A stretch of DNA of 64,000 nucleotides from Lysobacterales bacterium. GTDB lineage: Bacteria > Pseudomonadota > Gammaproteobacteria > Xanthomonadales > Rhodanobacteraceae. The stretch lies in NCBI GenBank assembly GCA_017305135.1, contig JAFKNA010000007.1, positions 55,441 through 119,440 of the forward strand. The letters run 5' to 3'. Shown in pieces: positions 57,027 to 64,000 of the stretch (position 1 is its first letter; every line of letters begins with the position of its first letter). The translations under genes were made by a program, and so were the position numbers. The notes under the pieces were generated by a model. It worked only from the letters and a program-made list of their open reading frames with translations. It was not told the DNA's origin and made no database searches.

Positions 57027-57160
57027 TTCCTTCGACCAGAAACCCCCGCCAGTCATGGGTTTCCGGGCTTTTTCGGGTTCATTCCAAGAAGGTCGTGTTG
57101 TGCCACGTCATGCGCTAAAGCGTCTTGCATGGCGCGTGATGTGTGTTGTACTGTCGTGCC

Positions 57161-58801
57161 ATGTACGTACGCATCAAGCAAAGCGGGCCGCGGCAGTACC
57201 TGCAGCTGGTGGAAGGTCGCCGCGAGGACGGCAAGGTGCGCCAACGGGTCGTGGCTACCCTCGGCCGGGTCGATCAGCTTCAGCAGGGCGCGCTGGATGC
57301 ACTGATCGCGGGGCTGCAGCGCGTCGCCGGCCAGGCGACGGGGTCGGCGGAGCCGCAGTTCCAGTTCGCCCAGGCGTTCGGCCACGTCTACCTGCTGCAT
57401 GAGCTTTGGCAGCCGCTGGGCCTGGAAGCGGCCCTGGCTCGGGCGCTACGCTCCTCGCGCCGCCAGTTCGATGCCGCGCAAGTGGTGCGCGCCATGGTGT
57501 TCAACCGCCTGTGCGAGCCCACCTCCAAGCTGGGCGTGCTGCGTTGGCTGGAGACGGTGAGCCTGCCCGAGGCGCCCGAGAAGGTGACGCACGACCAGTT
57601 GCTGCGGTCGATGGACGCCTTGATGGATCACATCGACGCGGTCGAGCTGGCCGTGGCGGCGCAGCTGCGCCCGCTCCTTGATCAATCGCTATCGATCGTG
57701 TTCTACGACCTCACCACAGTGCGCATCCATGGCGAGGGCACGGTGGGCGAGGACGTGCGGGCGTTCGGGCTCAACAAGGAAATCCGCGGCATTGCGCGCC
57801 AGTTCGTGCTCGGCGTGATCCAGACGGCGGAAGGAGTGCCGATCGCCCACCAGGTCCATGCCGGCAACGTGGGCGAGGTGTCCACGCTCCTGCCCGCCAT
57901 CGAGAAGGCCATCGCCCAATACCGGATCGAGCGGGTGGTGCTGGTGGCCGATCGCGGCCTGCTGAGCCTGGACAACCTGGACGCGGTGGAGCGGCTTCGA
58001 ACCGCCCAGGGCGCAGGCGTTGAATACATCCTGGCCGTGCCGGCGCGCCGCTATGCCGACTTCGGGGAACGCGTCGCGAGCATGCGCTTGGACGCAGGCG
58101 TGGGCGAAACCACGTGGGAAGATCGGCGCCTGGTGGTCGCGCACGATCCCGCGCGGGCCGTCGAGCAAGGCGCCAAGCGCCGTCGCCTGATCGAGAGCAT
58201 CGAGGCGGAAGGCGAGCGCATGGCCCAGCGGCTGGATGCTGCCGATGACGGCAAGCCCCTGCGCGGGCGCAAGTCAACCGATCGGCGCGCCTACCTGCGC
58301 TTCTGCGAACAGGTCAAGGAGGCGGGCTTAAGCCGTATCCTCAGGGCGGACCTGGAGGCCGACCGCTTCAGCTTCCATCGCGACGAGGCGGCGCTCGCCC
58401 ACGCCGAGCAGCTCGATGGCAAGCTGTTGCTGGTCACCAATACCGGACTCAAGGCCGACGACGTGGTGGCGCGCTACAAGGCGCTTGCCGACATCGAACG
58501 CGGCTTCCGTGTGCTCAAGAGCGACATCGAGATCGCACCCGTCCATCACCGCTTGCCCGAGCGCATCCGCGCCCACGCGCTGATCTGCTTCCTGGCGCTG
58601 GTGCTGCACCGGGTGATGCGGATGCGGCTCAAGGCGGCCGGCAGCAACCAGTCGCCGACAGCGGTCCTCAGGATCCTGCAGACCATCCAGCGCCATCAGG
58701 TCAAGGTCGGCACAGAAACCCTGCGCGGCATCAACGCGCCCACCCTTGCCCAGCAAGAACTCTTCACCGCACTCGGCACCCAAACCCCGCCCAACCACTA
58801 G
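57161..58801 (+). CDS. IS1634-family (IS4 superfamily) transposase
   Basis: MYVRIKQSGPRQYLQLVEGRREDGKVRQRVVATLGR is the typical N-terminus. Also VVLVADRGLLS and YKALADIERGFRVLKSDIEIAPVHH. Element ends were not resolved (roughly 57.03-58.86 kb). Confidence 0.9.
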   Translation: MYVRIKQSGPRQYLQLVEGRREDGKVRQRVVATLGRVDQLQQGALDALIAGLQRVAGQATGSAEPQFQFAQAFGHVYLLHELWQPLGLEAALARALRSSRRQFDAAQVVRAMVFNRLCEPTSKLGVLRWLETVSLPEAPEKVTHDQLLRSMDALMDHIDAVELAVAAQLRPLLDQSLSIVFYDLTTVRIHGEGTVGEDVRAFGLNKEIRGIARQFVLGVIQTAEGVPIAHQVHAGNVGEVSTLLPAIEKAIAQYRIERVVLVADRGLLSLDNLDAVERLRTAQGAGVEYILAVPARRYADFGERVASMRLDAGVGETTWEDRRLVVAHDPARAVEQGAKRRRLIESIEAEGERMAQRLDAADDGKPLRGRKSTDRRAYLRFCEQVKEAGLSRILRADLEADRFSFHRDEAALAHAEQLDGKLLLVTNTGLKADDVVARYKALADIERGFRVLKSDIEIAPVHHRLPERIRAHALICFLALVLHRVMRMRLKAAGSNQSPTAVLRILQTIQRHQVKVGTETLRGINAPTLAQQELFTALGTQTPPNH

Positions 58802-58857
58802 CGTTGTGCCACAAATGCCACTTCGAGCATAAGTGGATCAAGCACTTACGTCGTTAG

Positions 58858-59271
58858 CTGCGGAACTTGGGGGAGCAGCAACTGCTCGGCCAGCCCGTGC
58901 TCTGCCTCTCGCGCTACTTCCTGCGCCGGCGTGCCGACTATCACCGCCTGCTGCTCGCCGTCACCCGCGATGACGCCTGGGAAGAGTGGATCGCCTTCAT
59001 GCTGGAAGCGGTCACCCAAGCCGCACACTGGACCAGTGACAAGATTCGCGCGATCCAGTGCCTGCACGCGCAGGCTTCGGACTTTGTGCGCACCCGCGCG
59101 GGAAAGATCTACAGCCGTGAGCTGGTCGAGGCCTTGTTCGTGCACCCGTACTGCCGCATCCAGAACCTCCTGGATGCCGGGATCGCCCAGCGCCAGACCG
59201 CCTCTGTCTATCTCAAGAAGCTGGTCGACCTCGGCATGGTGATTGAGCTCAGGGCCGGACGGGAAAAGTAG
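58858..59271 (+). pseudogene. Fic-family protein, C-terminal fragment only
   Basis: PVLCLSRYFLRRRADYHRLLLAVTRDDAWEEWIAFMLEAV...LKKLVDLGMVIELRAGREK is the region after the Fic core plus a winged helix. The 5' part is missing at the IS junction. Confidence 0.65.
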
Positions 59272-59748
59272 TTCCTGCATTCCCATCTCGTCCACCTGCT
59301 CACCAGCGAGGGCCACTCCGTGCTGTCGTACGACATCAGCACCCACGGTCAGTGACAGGTGTCATTGCCGGCAAGATTGCGCAGCGCAGGCCACTATCGG
59401 GGCGGGTCCCATGTGATGGGACGTGTCGCGCTCGGGAAGATCGCCGGCTGGCCGAGCGATTGGGCCTGGAAGCCGGGCAACTGGGGGACGCCTCTGTGCG
59501 TCAGGAGATTCTCCATGGCGTCCTGCAGGTCCTCGCCGAAGCGTCGGAATCCAGCTTGACCTGCAGGTGGCGATCCGGAGGGTCCGGGATGTCCCGATCC
59601 CCTCCTTAGATTCACTCAGCCTGCTCGAGCTCACAGTCTGCGCCGACCGGACGCAGCCGTACGCTACCTGCACTCCGTCGCCGGCGGGGCCGCAGGGTGA
59701 CGGCGTGTGGCTTCGGGTCCAGAACCAGGTGCGGCAGGTAATCCGTGG

Positions 59749-59934
59749 TTACGTACGGGAGCTGGCGCGCGGCTCCGTCTTTGGAACTACCTGCAGCTGA
59801 CCCCGACGCCGCAGGATTTCGCATTTCGCCCGCGCCTCGGCAGTGCGGAAGGCGAGAAGGTCCCGCACGACCTCGCGGTGCAAGGACTCCCTGCCACCAT
59901 CGATCCGGGTGAGCTTGGCCTCTATCGTATCCAT
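59749..59934 (-). CDS. small conserved hypothetical (paralogue of 48982-49209)
   Basis: MDTIEAKLTRIDGGRESLHREVVRDLLAFRTAEARAKCEILRRRGQLQVV. Confidence 0.35.
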   Translation of the reverse strand: MDTIEAKLTRIDGGRESLHREVVRDLLAFRTAEARAKCEILRRRGQLQVVPKTEPRASSRT

Positions 59935-60489
59935 CCGAAACCCTCCGTACGTGACGCGGTCACGCAGTTGATCCGCTGGGACCAAGCGGCCGCTTGGATC
60001 TCTTCGTCGATCGCGCTATGGCTCATGTCTTGGGCATCTTGTGTGGGCTCCGCGGACGCGAGCCGGGCACGCTTAGCCTCGGCGGCGCTCCATCGACGAG
60101 CGTCCATCCAGATGGGACCTCGGTCGCCAATAGATACGCTCCGCTCACGACCGACCCTACCACCTGGGCCACCGCCGCACCCCTTTCCGGCGTGGCCGAC
60201 AGGTCAAGGGCTTCCGACCCCCCGAGCGAAGGCTGTGGGATCTGAAGCTACCGGTTCCAGCCATGCCGCAGGGTCCGTATCCCCGGCGTCCATGCCCTAC
60301 TGTGGGCCAGCATCCGCGTGGCCATCCATGAGATGCACCATGTGTGCGGCCACCGCGGCTGGACCAGGAGCAGGTGGCACTCCGATTTTCAGGCATCTTC
60401 AGGCCTCCTTGGAAAATTATGCGTCCGCGCATAATTGGGGCTAACTCGCTGGCGAGCCATCGTCGTGCCCGGAGGGTGCAGCCCCTCGG

Positions 60490-61086
60490 TCATGACACGT
60501 TGCTTTCAAAGACGCCGTAGTACCACGCCGTGCCGAGAGGGCTGGTCAGGATTGAATCCATCGCCGGTTGCGGGATCCACGCCATGATCCGGATCATGCT
60601 ATCCGTACATGCCCCCGTGATGGCCTGTACCTTCAGGCCACGGTGGAGGAACTCGGGCGCGTTCTGCAGGAACACGGACTTGGCGCCCTCTGCGGAACCG
60701 CAGGCCGCCACAGGCAAGGTCCGACCCTCGCCGGTTGCGAAGTGGTCGGAATAGGCGACATGGAAGTCAGTAAGGAGGAACCGGTCCCCCGCGGACCCGA
60801 GTGTGCTGGGGCGACCCCTGGCCCGGCCAACAAGCTCCTGCAGGACTTCCTCGTGCCTGCCGATTGCGAGCGCTTCCAGGGGTGGTCGTCCGAGCGCGTT
60901 GCTCCACTCGGTGAGGTACTCCCCCAGCCGGTGGTGGTGCGGGAACCCGCCCGTGGGCCCTGTGTCGAGCGCTTCGGCGGACACGGCGTAGATTTCGGGA
61001 AAGTCGTCCCTGAGCGCATACACCGCCTGGGCGCGCACGCTCCATAACGAGCGCCAGATTTCCTTGAACCGTTCTCCGGTATTCAC
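60490..61086 (-). CDS. hypothetical protein
   Basis: GTG start behind GGAG. 198 aa with ordinary composition. No family recognised. Confidence 0.55.
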   Translation of the reverse strand: MNTGERFKEIWRSLWSVRAQAVYALRDDFPEIYAVSAEALDTGPTGGFPHHHRLGEYLTEWSNALGRPPLEALAIGRHEEVLQELVGRARGRPSTLGSAGDRFLLTDFHVAYSDHFATGEGRTLPVAACGSAEGAKSVFLQNAPEFLHRGLKVQAITGACTDSMIRIMAWIPQPAMDSILTSPLGTAWYYGVFESNVS

Positions 61087-61443
61087 GATTTCTCCTTGGA
61101 TATCGTCGGTGCGAAAGCTCGCCCTACCTGCCGAGCAATGAACTCGCGGTGCTGAGCTCCGGGACGGGCGTGCGCCTCGGCAGCATCGGTCATGCGAGTC
61201 TCAGAAGCTAAGACGATCCTCGCGACCGGAGGGTCTGCGCACCGCCTGGTGCCACGCAAACCCCCCGACAGAATGGGCATTTACGCGACATTTCTCCCAG
61301 ATCCGTCCGCCAGACTGGTACCTAAGCCAAGGCGGCCCTCACCGCCATGGCGCGAAACACCCCCCCACTGTGGGGTGCTTTCGACCCTACCGAGGCGGCA
61401 CGCACCACGTATCGTGGTTGCATGACATGGAGGAGAACTTACC

Positions 61444-62154
61444 GTGACAGATAGCACCGATGGGGTATTGCTCTACCGCCTGCCGCGGGAAAACAACACT
61501 GGCAAAGTGCCGGTCCCCCGCACGGATTTGATTGACCGCACTACGTTAGTGCGGACTGCCCTGTTGCTAGATATTTTTCTGCCGGGGCACGGCGAGCCGA
61601 GACTCGTATTCACAGTGGATCTAGGATTTATTGAGCTCCCCCCACAATTGATGGCGAGTGTGTACCCGTCTGTCTCTGCTCTGATAGACGACGTGGAAGA
61701 CCTCAATACCTGGCTAGCCGACTGGGCAAGCTCGACGGAACGTCTACCCGATTGTCGCCCGGAATGGGCGTCGCGCCACGGGATCGCGGAAGAGGTCGTG
61801 AGGCGGATTGCCCATCGGCTCGCGCATGAGCTCGCCCAGAGCAGAGCCAAGGAGATCCCCCTCTGCACGATGGCTGAGAGTACTAACGTACTGCGAGTAC
61901 CGGCACGCTCTCAGCTGGTCCCACCTGCGCCTCCTGTCGAGCGGGACCTTATCGGTGCACGGCTGTGTCACGCATACCGAACCGTGACCGCAGTCACTTC
62001 GACAGGGGCATCGATCTACTTGATGGCCGACGGAGCCGTTGTGTTCCCAGAGACGACTAGTTATTCGATTCCTTATCGCGTGGTTCAACGCAGAAAGGCC
62101 TTCGATGCAACAACAGTCTCAGCTTCGGGAGTGTTGGACAATGAGGAAGGCTGA
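61444..62154 (+). CDS. hypothetical protein
   Basis: GTG 61444 sits 8 nt after GGAGGAG. 236 aa. No family recognised. Confidence 0.6.
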   Translation: MTDSTDGVLLYRLPRENNTGKVPVPRTDLIDRTTLVRTALLLDIFLPGHGEPRLVFTVDLGFIELPPQLMASVYPSVSALIDDVEDLNTWLADWASSTERLPDCRPEWASRHGIAEEVVRRIAHRLAHELAQSRAKEIPLCTMAESTNVLRVPARSQLVPPAPPVERDLIGARLCHAYRTVTAVTSTGASIYLMADGAVVFPETTSYSIPYRVVQRRKAFDATTVSASGVLDNEEG

Positions 62155-62782
62155 AACCGTGCATATCGGCGTGGCGGCTGCCATAGAGGGGATGCCAGAC
62201 AGGCCCTCGATGGCGCTACAGGATTACCTCTGCCACGTCGATCAGCTACATCGTGTTTGCCGGGGGCTGGCCATCGATCCTGCCGGCGTGGTTCCCCGGC
62301 GCGTCGATGAGAAGTATATCCACTATGTTCTCACCGAACACGTGAGTAATTTGCCATCCACAGTGGACGGAGCCTGCGATGAAACGCCGGTGGACACCGA
62401 CGAAAAAGAATCTATTACGATCGAGGCCAGATCCAAGGCGCTCAGCGAGGAACAGACAAGCGCAGCGCCCGATGAAATCCTACGAACGCGTAGTGTTCCG
62501 CCACCGCCTGTCATAATAAACGGAGTAGCTGCACCCGCAGCCCTGTGGCAGCGCCAGCGATCTCCAGGTCGGCCCGGGGATGGTCCGTCTATTCTGGCGA
62601 CGATTGCGGGCCCAGGCCCCATGTACTACGTTCTGCCCCACGCGAATGTCATAGGGCCAGCGCTGGCGGGAGGTGCGGTACCCGGCATGCTCGTGGACAT
62701 CCTCGGCGCCTCGCAGACAACCATCCTCTTGGCGGACGCCGATGTACTGCAGCGTGCGCTGCCTTTCCCTTCCCAAGAGTGA
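62141..62782 (+). CDS. hypothetical protein
   Basis: ATG 62141 overlaps the upstream gene by 14 nt. 213 aa with an acidic middle and a Pro/Gly-rich C-terminal half. Confidence 0.5.
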   Translation: MRKAETVHIGVAAAIEGMPDRPSMALQDYLCHVDQLHRVCRGLAIDPAGVVPRRVDEKYIHYVLTEHVSNLPSTVDGACDETPVDTDEKESITIEARSKALSEEQTSAAPDEILRTRSVPPPPVIINGVAAPAALWQRQRSPGRPGDGPSILATIAGPGPMYYVLPHANVIGPALAGGAVPGMLVDILGASQTTILLADADVLQRALPFPSQE

Positions 62783-62784
62783 CA

Positions 62785-64000
62785 TCAGCAGTTATCGCCA
62801 CGCTGGAGCTCGATGGTCATGCCTATGACCGCAAGTACGCGCCGCATCCCCATGCCGTGATACCGCTGCCCCTGCGCGCTGTCGCCGCCACCGCGCTGGA
62901 TCGCCAGTTCGACCCGCCCGCCCGACAGGTCGGCGGTACGGATTTGGGAGTGAACTCCGGCCCGTGTGAGGTAAGCGACGAGCTCATTGGCTTCGGCGCG
63001 TGGCAGTACCACCTCGTGCCCACGCGAGGGAGACAGCCAGCAGAAGAATGCTGAAATCACCCTCCGATAGCTCTCGGCTTCGGCTCCGGAGTCATATTCG
63101 CGCCATAGTCGCTCGAGCAGTCGGTCTGCGTGCACGGCACGCACGGCGCGACCGGGACACCGGCGGTTGACTCCGCCCACGCGCGCAGGAATCAGCCTGA
63201 GGCCCAGCTTGGCTTCCCATCGCTCCGCAATCTCCACGACGAGATCGAGGTCGCGCATGGGTGCCCCGACCGACCGCATTGCCGGCTCGACATCCTGCGA
63301 CCGAGCCGCAAGGTCCACCAGCTTGCCGACGAGTAAGGCAGTCCAGCCGACACTAGCTTGCGGAGCAGCGGGCCCGACTGGCGGCGCAGGTATCGCGGGC
63401 ACGTGGCGACTTGGCCGGAAGTGGCCGAACCAGGCCCAAACCGGCGCGACCTTCCTGTTGCGGAGAAGCGAATCCACGGTGGCGCACGTGTAGCCCAGTG
63501 CGCCCGCGGCATAGCGTCTCGTCAGGTAGCGCGCCCGGGAATGCTGGGCACTCCGGGAATCCAGCAGCCAGGGCAGGTGGAGGTACCACTGTATGGTGGT
63601 GCGCCAGTGATAGTGCCCCATGGGCACGGCTATCCCGGCCAGATGTCGCGGCAGGAGAAATCCCGGATCCTTCGCTTCGCCGCTTGCGGACTCCATCCAC
63701 ATGGCGTCCTCAGGCGCGAGCGCTACCGGGATCAGTGCTTCCATCGCTGCCAGATGGCGCAATCGATGCAGCCGCTGGCTCGGCTGCCCGGTCGCTCGTG
63801 CAAGGACATCCCGGATCATCTGGCCCACCGCGCCCGCGGGATGGGCTTCACCCTCGTCGGCCGCAAAATCGGTGGCCACAAAAGCGGACTCGGGCTTGCG
63901 CGGTCCGGTGTGCCGGCGAACGTCTTCCAATCTCTGCTTTACCCGGACCCTGTGCTCTGACTCACCGGAACCGTTGCGGAACACCAGGGTACGCGAGGCA
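62785..64000 (-). CDS. tyrosine recombinase, N-terminus beyond window, with ~270-aa C-terminal extension
   Basis: Catalytic box II HRLRHLAAMEAL and MGHYHWRTTIQWYLH (Tyr nucleophile) lie near the window edge. The frame is open to position 63999. Confidence 0.65.
   Translation of the reverse strand, partial: ASRTLVFRNGSGESEHRVRVKQRLEDVRRHTGPRKPESAFVATDFAADEGEAHPAGAVGQMIRDVLARATGQPSQRLHRLRHLAAMEALIPVALAPEDAMWMESASGEAKDPGFLLPRHLAGIAVPMGHYHWRTTIQWYLHLPWLLDSRSAQHSRARYLTRRYAAGALGYTCATVDSLLRNRKVAPVWAWFGHFRPSRHVPAIPAPPVGPAAPQASVGWTALLVGKLVDLAARSQDVEPAMRSVGAPMRDLDLVVEIAERWEAKLGLRLIPARVGGVNRRCPGRAVRAVHADRLLERLWREYDSGAEAESYRRVISAFFCWLSPSRGHEVVLPRAEANELVAYLTRAGVHSQIRTADLSGGRVELAIQRGGGDSAQGQRYHGMGMRRVLAVIGMTIELQRGDNC

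Noticed and set aside
60157-60396. 79-aa minus-strand ORF with perfect AAGGAGG-N7-ATG directly after the 22-bp palindrome
   Set aside because: The translation (MPENRSATCSWSSRGGRTHGASHGWPRGCWP...) is Trp/Arg/Gly/Cys-rich and looks out of frame, and neighbouring frames contain more protein-like stretches broken by stops. It is probably a decayed gene whose start signals survive. It is not listed as a CDS.

Overview
High-GC proteobacterial chromosome segment. Gene order (DUF3426-fis-purH-purD, erpA, hemJ, bfd-bfr, rppH), GTAG-type REP hairpins and Xanthomonas-style attC repeats suggest a Xanthomonadales/Lysobacterales-like host; this is inference only. Positions 1-15.3 kb are housekeeping core. 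A tRNA-Met gene (15421-15497) opens an accessory region that runs to the window end. It is a patchwork of six parts. (1) An integrase-bearing defence island: xre/xis/int, an HD-domain protein, a type I R-M operon whose hsdS and hsdR are separated by two unknown membrane-protein genes, a DUF45 peptidase, McrBC, an SRAP pseudogene and a complete, translationally coupled QatABCD system. (2) An IS30-family element, a visibly lower-GC caspase/CHAT-like orphan and a 1894-aa giant ORF (M48-like peptidase, TerB-like, DUF4011, SF1 helicase, REase). (3) Toxin-antitoxin debris: a truncated hipA with hipB, and two orphan DUF2384 antitoxins. (4) An IS10-like element with a 9-bp target duplication, nested in an IS256 remnant that has replaced all but about 49 codons of an integron integrase. 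(5) The integron itself: attI, eight attC sites and nine cassettes (HNH-like, GNAT, RraB-like, PIN-like, DUF4304-like and unknowns), cut short by an IS1634-family element. (6) A Fic remnant, decayed sequence, three unknown ORFs and a partial tyrosine recombinase at the right edge. The best candidates for something undescribed are the two-gene membrane/nuclease-like module embedded in the type I R-M operon (23418-25928) and the N-terminally extended giant helicase-nuclease with its caspase-like neighbour (40223-47085). The unknown integron cassettes are a third pool. No rRNA and no CRISPR array were seen. All family assignments come from motif recognition by eye, not database searches.
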